Notes: generated by a model from the letters alone, not told the origin. A DNA stretch of 64,000 nt from an uncultured Gemmatimonadales bacterium (GCA_963798915.1 CAWCVB010000005.1:25291-89290), one strand, 5' to 3'; positions 29,557 to 40,284 are shown, numbered from the stretch's first letter. Numbers and translations: made by a program.

Positions 29557-30441
29557 ATGCGAATGCAACTCACCACCGCTCTCACGGCGCTGCTGGCGCT
29601 GGCGCCGGCAGCGGTCCTGGCGCAGGACGCACCCAAGACCCCGGCACCGCGGGCGGAAGCGCGCACCCGCGTCCGAACCATGGAAATGCCCGGGATGTCC
29701 CGACTCACCATGATGATGGGCCAGCCCCGCCTGGGCCTCACGCTCACCAACGATTCCACGGCCAAGGGCGCCGTGGTCCAGGACGTGATGGACGACAGCC
29801 CGGCCGAGAAGGCCGGTCTCAAGCAGGGTGACATCGTCACCCGGATGAACGGCACGGCGCTCACCGGCGAGGATCCGGCCGGCACCATGGCCGACATGGC
29901 CCACAAGCTCGAGCCGGGCGACACGGTGAAGCTCGATTACCGCCGGAATGGTTCGTCGCACTCCGCCACCATCGTGGCCGCGGACCTGGCCCGCGGCACG
30001 TACGCCATGGCGATGCCGGACATGCGAGGCCTCGATCGGATGCAGGCCGAGCTGCCGCGCGAGTGGGTCGCGCAGGGCGGAGCCATGCCGCACGGGTTCA
30101 GCGTGGTCATGGGCCGGCCGATGGGTCTCCAGCTGGTGGAGATGAATGCCGGACTGGGCGACTACTTCGGTACTGCCAAGGGACTGCTGGTGACCGACAC
30201 CCCGCGTGACTCGACCATGCCGCTCCGCGCCGGCGACGTCATCCTCACCATCGGTGGCCGCACTCCCAATAGCGAGGGGCACGCACAGCGCATTCTCGGC
30301 TCCTACGCCCCGGGCGAGACGGTGCAGTTCGAGATCATGCGCAAGAAGAGCAAGCAATCGGTGTCGTGGACCGTGCCGGAACATGGCGAGATGAAATGGA
30401 TGCAGCCGATGCGACGGGAAGTGCGGGTGGAGAAGAGCTGA
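29557..30441 (+). CDS. Secreted protein with two PDZ domains
   Basis: Signal peptide ending AVLA; PRLGL..SPAEKAGLKQGDIV and LRAGDVILTIGG. Confidence 0.85.
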   Translation: MRMQLTTALTALLALAPAAVLAQDAPKTPAPRAEARTRVRTMEMPGMSRLTMMMGQPRLGLTLTNDSTAKGAVVQDVMDDSPAEKAGLKQGDIVTRMNGTALTGEDPAGTMADMAHKLEPGDTVKLDYRRNGSSHSATIVAADLARGTYAMAMPDMRGLDRMQAELPREWVAQGGAMPHGFSVVMGRPMGLQLVEMNAGLGDYFGTAKGLLVTDTPRDSTMPLRAGDVILTIGGRTPNSEGHAQRILGSYAPGETVQFEIMRKKSKQSVSWTVPEHGEMKWMQPMRREVRVEKS

Positions 30442-30442
30442 G

Positions 30443-30629
30443 GCTGCGCTGTGCGCTGTGCGCTGTGAGCTATGCGCCGTGAGCTGCGAGCTGCGAGCTC
30501 GTGTGAATGAACGGACACCTATGTGAACCAAGGGTCGGAACTGCGATAGCTCCGACCCTTGTTCACATAAGTGATGCCTTCAGCTCACAGCGCGCTCGCA
30601 GCTCGCAGCTAGCTCACAGCGCATAGCTT
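30443..30629. repeat. ~190-bp nested hairpin: heptamer arms around a long inner stem
   Basis: GCTGTGA/GCTGCGA units left, TCACAGC/TCGCAGC right; inner TATGTGAAC-CAAGGGTCGGA...TCCGACCCTTG-TTCACATA. Confidence 0.85.
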
Positions 30630-30641
30630 ATGTCGCCTCGC

Positions 30642-30740
30642 TCACCGCGCCCTCACGATCAGCGAGATCAAGGTCGCCAGCAATGCCACGATCACGACGA
30701 TCTCGATAAACGCAGGCCCCCGTCGTGCTCGTCGTGACAT
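30642..30740 (-). CDS. 32-aa small membrane peptide with prepilin-like N-terminus
   Basis: MSRRARRGPAFIEIVVIVALLATLISLIVRAR; GGAAGG SD-like sequence upstream. Confidence 0.45.
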   Translation of the reverse strand: MSRRARRGPAFIEIVVIVALLATLISLIVRAR

Positions 30741-30768
30741 CACCCTTCCTCCGATCAGGTGTTCGGGC

Positions 30769-31074
30769 TCAATGGCCCAGCGCTGACTCGAACAGGTGCG
30801 AGGCCGTCGTGTCCGCGGCAATGGCGTAGAGCGCTGCCTCGAACCGATCCACCGTGAATCCATTGGCGGCGAGGATGCTGTCGGCCTTGTCCGGCATGGC
30901 CTGGACCGCGAGCGTGACCGCCGCCGCCGGAATGACCCGGGCCATCATCGAATCAACTTCTCCCGCACGCACGGTGGCCGCCGTGTCGCTGGAGGCCGAC
31001 GCGGGTGCAGCGCGGTGCTCGCCGCCACACGCCAGCAGCAGCATCGCCATGGGCACCATCAGGCGCCGCATCAT
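30769..31074 (-). CDS. Hypothetical lipoprotein
   Basis: Lipobox LLLAC; 4-nt overlap with the upstream gene. Confidence 0.7.
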   Translation of the reverse strand: MMRRLMVPMAMLLLACGGEHRAAPASASSDTAATVRAGEVDSMMARVIPAAAVTLAVQAMPDKADSILAANGFTVDRFEAALYAIAADTTASHLFESALGH

Positions 31075-31505
31075 CGATCGGGCCTCGGCCTGACGCGTGG
31101 CTTCCCCTTGGGCGGGTGCGCCGCATTCCGCTTCCCGGCACGTGCCGCGGTGATGGCCTGCGCCAGGGCGCGGCCGCGCAAGCCCCGATCGAGGCTCTCC
31201 TGAACAACCGACCCGAACTCCTGCTCCGGAACCCGGTCCTCGACCCGCGCCTGATACTCCGACCGCAAGACCTGCATGGCGTCATCGGCGGGGACCCGGG
31301 CACTGTGCATGGCCTCGAGGGCCGTCCTGACTTCGGCTTGGGGCACGCCGAGGTCACGCAGGTCCGAGGCGAGACGCGGCAGCGAACTGGCATTCAGGAC
31401 ACGTGCGCTGAGGGTCGCCTGCGCGCGGGCCAGGCCGGGCGCGAAGGCCACGCCAAGGGCTGCCGCCATGGCGGCGGCCCGGAGACTCCATCTGATGGGG
31501 ATCAT
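31071..31505 (-). CDS. Hypothetical secreted protein
   Basis: Signal peptide ending LARA; TATCTT 6 nt before the ATG; overlap with the next gene. Confidence 0.65.
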   Translation of the reverse strand: MIPIRWSLRAAAMAAALGVAFAPGLARAQATLSARVLNASSLPRLASDLRDLGVPQAEVRTALEAMHSARVPADDAMQVLRSEYQARVEDRVPEQEFGSVVQESLDRGLRGRALAQAITAARAGKRNAAHPPKGKPRVRPRPDR

Positions 31506-31543
31506 GGCACCAAGATAGCGAAAGTCCCGACCTGCGCGAGGCG

Positions 31544-32440
31544 CTACCGCCGGCTCATGGGAATATCGTTGCTGGTTCGGGCGCCCAGGCCGAGAATCAG
31601 GCGGCGCGGCCGGAAGCCATCCTTGGACACCTGGACGTACTGGGTACGGCACGCATCGACCAGACTCTGGTCGAACGACAGCCGATACCAGCCATCATCG
31701 TCGGCAAAAGTGCTGTACGACGTCCCCAGGATCTGCAGGAAGGCGCCGCCCAGCGGGACATGCGTTCCCTCCCGGAAGACCCGCCCCGTCACTTCGCCCA
31801 GCACCACGGGCGCGCCTGGGTCGACACGGGGCCGCTGACTCGGCCGGCAGTCATTGTCCCGGTCATCAGCGAGCTCCCGGAGCCAGCGGGCAGTCGGTTG
31901 CGGTCCTGTCGCGTTGGTGACGCCATGCTGTTGGCGGCCAAACAGTCGTTGGGCCTCCTCGGTCATGGCGAGCTCATCAGGGGTTGAGCGACGGGAATTC
32001 AGGGTCGATCGATCGGGCTGCGGTGCTGGGCGCTCGACGCTCGACGACGGTGGCGCCTCAGCCAACGGCCCGGTTTCGGGCGGTGGCTGCGGCGAGACAG
32101 TGACTTCCTCGGGCAGGTGCTCGCCCCGCTTCACCTGCGGGCGCGGCATCCGGTCTGGGGGCGGCTGGGGGACCGGGCGGCTCGGCGCCACGGGAGCGCT
32201 TGTGACCGGCTTGGGAGCGGCCGGAGGTCGATAGGGTGGCAGCGTCGCCAGCTCGACCCGGCGCTCGGGCTGGGCCGCGGTCGCCTCAGTCCTGGGGTCC
32301 CGCTTCGCCTCGCTGCGGGTCCACACCAAGGCCGCCACCAGCAGCGCGACATGCAGGACCGCACTCAGTGTCAGGCCGAGCCAGGGCTGGCGCGGCGGCG
32401 CCAGTTCGGTATCGAGGAAGAGGTGAGGCGTGCTGGACAT
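31544..32440 (-). CDS. TonB-like anchored protein: TM anchor, Pro-rich linker, C-terminal carboxypeptidase-regulatory-like beta domain
   Basis: SAVLH anchor motif; Pro-rich middle; VTGRV..PLGGAFLQI..ADDDGWYRL..VSKDGF. Confidence 0.6.
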   Translation of the reverse strand: MSSTPHLFLDTELAPPRQPWLGLTLSAVLHVALLVAALVWTRSEAKRDPRTEATAAQPERRVELATLPPYRPPAAPKPVTSAPVAPSRPVPQPPPDRMPRPQVKRGEHLPEEVTVSPQPPPETGPLAEAPPSSSVERPAPQPDRSTLNSRRSTPDELAMTEEAQRLFGRQQHGVTNATGPQPTARWLRELADDRDNDCRPSQRPRVDPGAPVVLGEVTGRVFREGTHVPLGGAFLQILGTSYSTFADDDGWYRLSFDQSLVDACRTQYVQVSKDGFRPRRLILGLGARTSNDIPMSRR

Positions 32441-32565
32441 GACCCGCGAAAGTTAGATACCTGTGCGCCTGGACGGGTGAAAGACCTTCCGGCGGGCAAC
32501 CAGAAGAAGGCGGCCTTCAAGCCCGAGAGCTGACGGGGCGCAGATCCCCAAAGCACGCGCAATGC

Positions 32566-32594
32566 TTGACTAGTTAATTATTCGTATGCAGCTT
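32566..32594 (+). promoter_or_regulatory. sigma70-type promoter of marR, probably leaderless
   Basis: TTGACT-17 bp-CAGCTT, ATG 5 nt downstream, no SD. Confidence 0.55.
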
Positions 32595-32599
32595 GCCTT

Positions 32600-33022
32600 A
32601 TGCAAACCAGCCAAGAGGAAGTGCTCATGGCGCTGTGGCAGGCCGGTGAGGCCGCCCGCGCCCGCCTCAGTGCCATTGCCACCAGCCTCGGTGTGACCTT
32701 CCAGCAGTACATGATACTCCGGATTCTCCTCGAGCATCCTGATCACGGGCTTCCGACGCTCGAGATTGCCAGGCGCGTGGTGGAACGCGCTCCCGGCATT
32801 ACCGGCCTGATCGATCGCCTGGAACGCCGGGGGCTGGTTCGACGGGAGCGGGACAAGTCCGATCGCCGGCAGATACGATGCGTCCTGACTGATGAAGGTC
32901 GCGCCCTGGCGGGCCAGCTCGAGCAACAGTCCGCATCAGCCAGAAGCGAGGCGGTATCAATGCTTACGAGCCACGAAGTCGCGGCGTTGCGGCACCTGCT
33001 GCTGCGAATGGCGAGAAAATAG
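32600..33022 (+). CDS. MarR-family transcriptional regulator
   Basis: VTFQQYMILRIL..ITGLIDRLERRGLVRR..DRR..LTDEG. Confidence 0.92.
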   Translation: MQTSQEEVLMALWQAGEAARARLSAIATSLGVTFQQYMILRILLEHPDHGLPTLEIARRVVERAPGITGLIDRLERRGLVRRERDKSDRRQIRCVLTDEGRALAGQLEQQSASARSEAVSMLTSHEVAALRHLLLRMARK

Positions 33023-33057
33023 GCTGTAAATGAATAGTTGACAATTGAATATTACTG

Positions 33058-33253
33058 CCGGGTCGCGGGTCGCGGGTCGCGGGTCGCGGGTCGCGGGTCG
33101 CGGGTCGTGGGTCGTGGGTCGTGGGTCGTGGGCCGATGACGGCGAGTGATGAGCTTTGGCCTGCCCATCCTGCCCATCCTGCCCATCCTGCCCATCCCGC
33201 CCATCCCGCCCATCCCGCCCGTCTTGCCCGTCCTGCCCGTCCTGCCCGTCCTG
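33058..33253. repeat. (GGGTCGC/T)~10 heptamer array followed by (CCCATCCYG/CCCGTCCTG)~10 nonamer array
   Basis: Read directly. Confidence 0.92.
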
Positions 33254-33258
33254 TGATA

Positions 33259-33298
33259 GCAAGCACCCACTTGCATCCCGGCCGGAGCGTGCTACGTT
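33259..33298 (+). promoter_or_regulatory. Promoter and candidate TetR operator of the efflux operon
   Basis: GCAAG-N6-CTTGC palindrome (33259-33274) overlapping TTGCAT-16 bp-TACGTT. Confidence 0.55.
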
Positions 33299-33307
33299 CC
33301 GCCCGCT

Positions 33308-33880
33308 ATGGACGTACGTGAACGCATTCTCGAGGCGGCGGCCGCCCTGTACGCAACCTCAGGATTCCGGGGCACGACCACCCGGCGCATCGCCGCGGAG
33401 GCCGGGGTCAACGAGATCACGGTCTTCCGCCATTTCGGGTCCAAGGAAGCGCTGCTGCGCGAAGTGATCGGCCTGGGCTGGAGCCGTTTCGAACTGCCGG
33501 CACTGCCGGAGGAACCCGCACACCCCGCCGACGAGCTGAAGGCGTGGGCCATCCAGTATCACACACTGCACAGCGATTGCGCCGCCTTCATTCGCACCCG
33601 CCTCGGCGAATTCCAGGACCATCCGGAGATCATTCCGCGCGAGGGATCGCCGCCGGCGCGGACAGCGGCACTGCTGGCGGGTTACCTGTCGCGGCTCAAG
33701 GCCCGCGGCCAGATGCATGCTGACGTGGACCCCAGGCGGGCTGCGGCCATGCTGATCGGGACGCTCTTTGCCGACGCCATCACCCGCGAGGGCGTGGCGG
33801 AGATGTTCACCGAGAGCTGCGGCGATGACGTGGCGGAATACGTCCGGATCTTTCTGCGCGGCATCGGGGTGACTGCATGA
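33308..33880 (+). CDS. TetR/AcrR-family regulator
   Basis: RERILEAA..GFRGTTTRRIAAEAGVNEITVFRHFGSKEAL. Confidence 0.95.
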   Translation: MDVRERILEAAAALYATSGFRGTTTRRIAAEAGVNEITVFRHFGSKEALLREVIGLGWSRFELPALPEEPAHPADELKAWAIQYHTLHSDCAAFIRTRLGEFQDHPEIIPREGSPPARTAALLAGYLSRLKARGQMHADVDPRRAAAMLIGTLFADAITREGVAEMFTESCGDDVAEYVRIFLRGIGVTA

Positions 33881-35343
33881 GACTGCTGCGTCATCTCGCG
33901 TGGGCGCCATTGCTGCTCGTCGCTCTGCGTCCGGCCGTGGCGCAGGTCCCCGCGGTGCGTTCACTCTCACTGCAGGAAGCACTGACGCAGGGTCAGCAGG
34001 CGAGCGAACGCACCGGAATCGCGCGTGCCGGCGTGCTGCGCGCCCGCGGGCAGCTCAAGCAGGCGCGCAGCGCGTTCTTTCCGCAGCTCAGTGGCAGCGC
34101 CAGCTACACCCGGACGCTTGCCTCGCAGTTTTCGCGGGCGGCAGAGGCCGACACGACCAGCGAGCCAGCACCGGAGTGCCGCCGCTTCACCGCGGATCCC
34201 ACCTTGCCGATCGGCGACCGGGTCGATTCGCTCGAAAGCGCGCTCGAATGCCAATCGCGGCAGAACCCCCTCGCACTCTTCAAGGACCTGCCCTTCGGCC
34301 GGGCCAACCAGTACAACCTCGGGCTGCAGGCCTCCCAGACGCTCTTTGCCGGTGGCCGCGTGGCTGGCCGGGCCGATGCTGCGCGGGCTGGCCTGCGCTC
34401 GGCGGAGATCGCCCTCTCGAGCGCCCAAGCACAGACGGCGCTCGACGTGACGCAGGCCTACTACGACGCCGTTCTGGCGGACCGGCTGCTCGCCATTGCC
34501 GACTCGACCCTGCGACAGGCCGAACGGACCTACGAGAACACTCGCCTCGGCTACCAGGTTGGCAACGTGGCCGAATTCGACCTGCTGCGGGCGCAGGTGG
34601 CCCGCGACAACGCACGGCCCGCCGTGATCACGCGTCGCTCGCAACGTGACGTCGCCTATCTCCGTCTCAAGCAGTTGCTGGAGATTCCGCTGGCCGATAC
34701 GATCGCGCTCGAAACGCCACTGGGCGATTCCAGCGACTCGCTGCCGCCACCGCCACTCGGCGCGATGTCGGCCGATACCGGCGTCGAGTCGCGCGCCAGC
34801 GTTCGCCAGGCGGTGGAAGCGGTGCGCGCTGCGGAGGGGACCGAGAAGTCCGTGCGGGGCGGGGCGCTGCCACAGGTGCAGGTCACGTCCAGCTACGCCC
34901 GGCTGGGCTATCCTGACGATGTGTTCCCTTCGTGGAGCGACTTTGTCACCGACTGGACCGTCTCGCTGGCGGTATCGGTGCCGCTCTTTACCGGCGGCCG
35001 CATTGCCGGCGAGAAGCAGGTAGCGCAAGCCAACGTGGACGAAGCCCGGCTGCAGCTGCGGCAGGCGCGGGAACTGGCGGCGCTCGACAACAGGAGCGCG
35101 GACGCCAACCTCGCCGCCGCCGAGGCGGGCTGGCAGGCGAGCAGCGGCGTGGTGGCGCAGGCGCAGCGGGCCTATCACATCGCCGAGATCCGATTTCGTG
35201 AGGGCCTCTCGACCCAGACAGAACTGGGTGATGCCCGGGTGCAGCTGCAGCAGGCCATGGCCAACCGGGCGCAAAGTGCGCGCGATCTCCAGGTGGCGCG
35301 GGTGCGGACGGCGCTATTGGGAAATTTGCCGACGTCACCATGA
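33877..35343 (+). CDS. TolC-family outer-membrane efflux protein
   Basis: Signal peptide; LSLQEAL, FPQLSGSASY, VTQAYY, VSVPLFTGG two-repeat OEP pattern; operon context. Confidence 0.9.
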   Translation: MRLLRHLAWAPLLLVALRPAVAQVPAVRSLSLQEALTQGQQASERTGIARAGVLRARGQLKQARSAFFPQLSGSASYTRTLASQFSRAAEADTTSEPAPECRRFTADPTLPIGDRVDSLESALECQSRQNPLALFKDLPFGRANQYNLGLQASQTLFAGGRVAGRADAARAGLRSAEIALSSAQAQTALDVTQAYYDAVLADRLLAIADSTLRQAERTYENTRLGYQVGNVAEFDLLRAQVARDNARPAVITRRSQRDVAYLRLKQLLEIPLADTIALETPLGDSSDSLPPPPLGAMSADTGVESRASVRQAVEAVRAAEGTEKSVRGGALPQVQVTSSYARLGYPDDVFPSWSDFVTDWTVSLAVSVPLFTGGRIAGEKQVAQANVDEARLQLRQARELAALDNRSADANLAAAEAGWQASSGVVAQAQRAYHIAEIRFREGLSTQTELGDARVQLQQAMANRAQSARDLQVARVRTALLGNLPTSP

Positions 35344-35344
35344 C

Positions 35345-35548
35345 GGACAGGATGGGCAGGGCAGACAGGACGGGACCGAACGTCGCGCATGGCCCCTGTC
35401 ATCCCGAGCGAGGGATCTGGCGGCCAGCGTCGGGACGGGGGCAGGTAGATCCTTCGGCCGCTGCGCGGCCTCTGGATGACACCTGCCATGAGATCGCCTC
35501 GAGCAGAGTCGCCGCAGGCGACACGAGCCGAGCCGCCGCTTTCGCGGA
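35345..35548 (-). repeat. Composite MITE-like element, inverted third copy, between tolC-like and MFP genes
   Basis: Reverse complement matches 26864-27140; palindrome 35397-35481. Confidence 0.8.
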
Positions 35549-35630
35549 GGTGACGATATGCTCGACCCGCGCACGGGCAGAGCCATGGCTCTGCACCGAC
35601 GCGTAGCTCAATGACCGACGACGATACACC

Positions 35631-36761
35631 ATGAAAGCAGCACACATCGCCCTCGCCGCATTCCTCATTCTTGCCGGCTGCAAGAGCAAGGCAGAGGAGA
35701 CGCCGGCCGCACCACCGCCCGCGCTGCTGGGCCCGGAGAACATCGCCGTGGCGGACACGGCGACCCTGGTGGCGGGCCCGGTAATCTCGGGGACGCTCAC
35801 GCCTGAGCTGGGGGCTACGGTGCGAGCCGAGATTGGCGGATCGCTGGTGGAGGTGGACGCCGACCAGGGGATGACGGTGAAGAAGGGCCAGGTGCTGGGG
35901 CGGATTGACGACACCTCGCTGCGCGATGCATTTCTGAGCGCGCGCGCTGGCCTGCGCACCGCCGAGAGCAACCTCGAGCTGCAGCGCCGCAACCTGGAGC
36001 GCACCCAGCGACTGCATGCAGCGGGCGCGGTGGCGGAGCGCGACCTCGAGACGGCAGCGCTCAGCGTCAAGAACGCCGAAGGCGCCGCAGCCGACGCCCG
36101 GGCGCGCCTCACATCAGCACAGCGCCAGCTCGACAAGACCACCCTGCGTGCTCCGTTCAGCGGCATCGTGAGCGAGGCGGGCGTGAGCGAGGGAGACGTG
36201 GTCACCACCGGCACGGCGCTCTTTTCCGTGGTGGATCCTTCCACCATGCGGCTGGAGGGATCGGTGCCGGTGCAGCAGCTCTCGGAGGTGAAGCAGGACA
36301 TGGCGGTGCGGTTCTCGGTGAGCGGATACCCCGATCGCGTGTTCGAGGGGCGGATCGAACGGGTCAACCCGGTGGTCGATCCCACGACCCGCCAGGTGCG
36401 GGTGATCGTGACGGTGCCGAATGCGTCGCGCTCGCTGGTGGGTGGCCTCTATGCCGAGGGCCGTGTGGCGACGGAAATGCGCCACGCCGTGGTGGTCCCG
36501 ACGGCCGCCGTGAACCGGCGGGGCATCCGCCCTGAAGTGGTGCGCCTCAAGCGCGGCCGGGTCGAGAAGGTGCGGGTGGGGCTGGGGATCGAGGATGCGG
36601 TGAACGAGCGTGCCGAGGTGACCTCGGGCCTGGCAGCCGGCGACACGGTGCTCATCGGCGCGGCGCAGGGGCTGACACCGGGCACCGTGGCGCGGGTGCG
36701 GGCGCCTCGCGAGACTGAGACCGAGGCGGCGACGCCGGGTGATACCAATGTTCATCAGTGA
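35631..36761 (+). CDS. RND efflux periplasmic adaptor (MFP) lipoprotein
   Basis: Lipobox LAGC; VKKGQVL, LRAPFSGIV, EGRIERVNPVVDPTTR. Confidence 0.93.
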   Translation: MKAAHIALAAFLILAGCKSKAEETPAAPPPALLGPENIAVADTATLVAGPVISGTLTPELGATVRAEIGGSLVEVDADQGMTVKKGQVLGRIDDTSLRDAFLSARAGLRTAESNLELQRRNLERTQRLHAAGAVAERDLETAALSVKNAEGAAADARARLTSAQRQLDKTTLRAPFSGIVSEAGVSEGDVVTTGTALFSVVDPSTMRLEGSVPVQQLSEVKQDMAVRFSVSGYPDRVFEGRIERVNPVVDPTTRQVRVIVTVPNASRSLVGGLYAEGRVATEMRHAVVVPTAAVNRRGIRPEVVRLKRGRVEKVRVGLGIEDAVNERAEVTSGLAAGDTVLIGAAQGLTPGTVARVRAPRETETEAATPGDTNVHQ

Positions 36762-39700
36762 TTTTGCGATCAGGCGGCCCATCGTCACCATCGTGACGAT
36801 GCTGGCGCTGGTTGTCTTTGGCCTGTTCTCGCTGCTGCGCCTCCAGACCGATGAGTTTCCCGAGGTCGCGCCGCCCTACGTCTCCGTCAGCCTGGTCTAT
36901 CCGGGCGGATCGCCCGAAGGGGTGGAGAACGAAGTACTGGATCCAGTGGAAGAAGCCATCTCCTCCATCAGCGGCGTGAAGAAGATCATGGGAACGGCCG
37001 AGGACAACTACGGCCTGATCCTCATCGAGTTCGTGTTCGACAAGCCGCTGCCCGAGGCGACCCAGGACATCCGCGACGCCATCTCGGAGATCCGCTCCGA
37101 CCTGCCGGACGAGCTGGAAGAGCCCATCATCAAGAAGATGAACGACACCGACCAGCCGATTGTCTCGCTGGCGCTGACGTTCATCGTCGCTGTCGCCGGC
37201 GGAACTCACGCGGCTGGCCGATCCTGGCATCACCCGTGAATTACGCTCGATTCCGGGCGTGGCCGAGGTGAATGTGGTGGGCGAACTGGAGCGTGAACTC
37301 ACGGTCGAGTTGCGGCCGGACGCACTCCAGGCCGCGGGCGTGAGCGTGGCGCAGGTGGTCCAGGCACTCAACCAGCAGAACCTCGCTGCGCCGGTGGGAC
37401 GGGTGACCGGCAACCTGCAGGAACGCTCCATCCGGCTGGTGGGGCGGTTGCAGGGGCCAGCCGAGTTCGAGCAGCTGGTGGTGAGCGAGCGGGATGGGAA
37501 CATCATCCGGCTGGGACAGGTCGCGACGGTGCACGACGGGACCGAGGAACAGCGCAGCCTGGCGCTGTTCAACCAGAAGGAAGCGGTCGGCATCGACATC
37601 AAGAAGTCGCGCGGCTACAGCACCACCGACGTGAGCTCCCGGATCCTGACGCGGGTTCGCCAGCTCGAGTCCACGCTGCCGGAGGACGCCAAGCTCGAGG
37701 TGGTGGTGGACGCGGGCACGCGAGTCCACGCGGCGGTGCGCAACGTGCAGGAGGCGCTGGTCGAAGGCGCCATCCTCACGGTGTTCGTGGTCTTCCTGTT
37801 TCTGAACTCCTGGCGCAGTACCGTCATCACCGGTCTCGCCCTGCCCGTCTCGGTGCTGGCGTCGTTCGTGGCGGTGTGGGCCTTCGGGTTCACGCTCAAC
37901 ACCATGTCGCTGCTGGGACTCTCGCTCGCCATCGGGATCCTGATCGACGATGCCATCGTGGTGCGCGAGAACATCGTGCGCCACGTGGAGATGGGAAAGG
38001 ATCACTACACGGCGGCGCGTGAGGGCACCGACGAGATCGGGCTCGCGGTGGCGGCGACCACCTTCTCGATCCTCGCCGTCTTCGCGCCGATCGCTTTCAT
38101 GTCGGGTGTCGGCGGGCAGTGGTTCAAGCCCTTCGCGCTGACCATCGCCTGTTCGGTGCTGGTCTCGCTCTTTGTCTCCTTCTCGCTCGACCCGATGCTC
38201 TCGGCCTACTGGCCTGACCCTCAGCTCGAAGAGGGCGAGAAGAACTGGATTACCCGGAAGCTCGACCGCTTCAATGACTGGTTCGGTCGGCTGGCGGACG
38301 GGTACCGGCATGTGATCGGATGGGCGCTCGACCATCGCCTGGCCGTGGTGGTCGTGGCGCTGGGCGCCTTCTTCGGCTCATTCACCCTGCCCATGAAGGG
38401 CCTGAGCGGCCTGGGCGCCGTGGCGGTCGGCATCGTGGTCATGGTCTGGGGCCTGACGCATTTCCACGACAAGCGCTGGCTGCGGCTCCTGTTCATCCCG
38501 CTGGGCCTGCTGGTAGCTGGGGGGATCTACTCGCGGATGGGCGAGTGGGGGAAGGTGGGCGTCGGTTTCTTCCCGGAAGAAGATCGGTCGGAGTTCTACA
38601 TCAAGATCGAGACGCCGCCCGGGTCGAATCTCGAGTACACCCGGCTCAAGGCCGCCGAAGCGGTGCGACTGGTCGCAGCGCACCCCGAAGTGCGCTACAC
38701 CTACACCACGCTCGGCGGCCAGGGCTCGGGCGCGGTGGATGTGGGACAGATCTACGTGCGGCTCACGCCGCGCGGGGACCGTGACATCAGCGCCGAGGAG
38801 TTTGCGGCGGTGGTGCGCGGCGAGATCGCCCGCCTTACCGGCTCCACCATGGCAGTGTTTACCAGTGGGTTCGGCGGCGGACGAAAACAGCTCGCGCTGC
38901 AGATCACCGGGCCCGACATCGCGTCCATCAACAAGGTGGCCGACTCCGCGCTGGCGATCGTCAAGGCCACACCCAATGCCGTGGATGCGGCGTTGTCCAG
39001 CAAGGGACAGAAGCCCGAATTCAACGTCGAGCTCCATCGGGGGCTGGCCGGTGCGCTGGGCGTGACCGCGGGCCAGGTGGCGCAGTCACTGCGGCCGGCA
39101 TTCGCCGGCATCGACGCGGGCGACTGGGTGGACCCCAGCGGTGAAACGCGTGACGTCGAGATCCGCTTTGCGCCCGAGTCACGGCAGAGCGCCGCCGACC
39201 TGCGGCAGGTGCCGCTGGTGATCCCGGGCCCGGGCGGCGGCGCGCCGGTCACGGTGCCGCTGGGTCAGGTGGCGACCATCCAGCCGGTCATGGGGCCGGC
39301 GATCATCAATCACCTCAATCGTGACCTCGTGGTCAACGTGGAATGGAACGTCTCGGGCCGGTCCACCAACGAGGTGATGACCGACGTACAGACCCAGGTG
39401 GACAAGATTCCCCTGCCGGCAGGCGTGGCCATGTCGGTGGGCGGCGACCAGGAGCAGCAGAACGAAGTGTTCGGCAGCATCTTCTTTGCCCTTGGCACGG
39501 CGCTTCTGCTCATGTACCTGATCCTCGTGGTCCAGTTCGGGTCGTTCCTTGCGCCGCTCGCCATTCTCATGTCGCTGCCGCTTTCGCTGATCGGGGTCAT
39601 GCTGGCGCTCGCCTTCAGCGGGATGACCATCAACATCATGAGCCTCATCGGAGTCATCCTGCTCGCGGGTATCGTAGCGAAGAACGCCATCCTGCTGATT

Positions 39701-40042
39701 GATTTTGCCAAGTGGTCGCGGGAACGGGACGGCGTGCCGCTGCGCGAGGCGTTGATCGAAGCCGGCGCCATCCGCCTGCGTCCGATCCTGATGACCACCT
39801 TCGCGCTGATCGCCGGCATGATCCCGGTGGCCATGGGGATCGGTGAGGGCGCCCAGTTCCGTGCGCCGCTCGGCATTGCCGTGATCGGCGGTGTCATCAC
39901 CTCCACCTTGCTCACTTTGCTCGTCATCCCAACGGTATACGAGATCCTCGAAGGGTGGAAAGAGGGACTCACCGGGTTGATCCGGCGCAAGCGGGGTGCG
40001 GACGCGCAGCCGGTGGAGGTGGACGCGTTGGCGGTGGATTAG
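36748..40042 (+). CDS. RND efflux permease (AcrB/MdtB family), split by one extra base at 37180-37181
   Basis: MFISDFAIRRP, GILIDDAIVVRENI, KNAILLIDF, RLRPILMTT; removing one T joins the ORFs (LTSSSLSPAELTRLADPG). Confidence 0.92.
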
Positions 40043-40284
40043 GCGAGATGGGCAGGATGGGCAGGATGGGCGAGATGGGCACGCAGTTGCGGGTCGAGGA
40101 TCGAGGTTGTCGAGGCTCGAGCGTCCTGAGCCTGCCCTCTCGTCATTCCTGCGAAAGCCCGGTTTCCCCCGGGGTGACGAGCGGGCGAGCTTCGGCCCGC
40201 CCATCCCGCCCGCTGAAACTTTCCGGCTTGGCGGTTCGTGATGCCAGGTGCAGCGAACTACCCGCGCCCCTTCGTGGACTTCAG

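Noticed and set aside
32957..33321. Short low-complexity ORFs (GQDGQD, WAGWAG, PATRD; similar ones at 8112-8445 and 24929-25531)
   Set aside because: They are translations of tandem arrays in several frames with no coding evidence.
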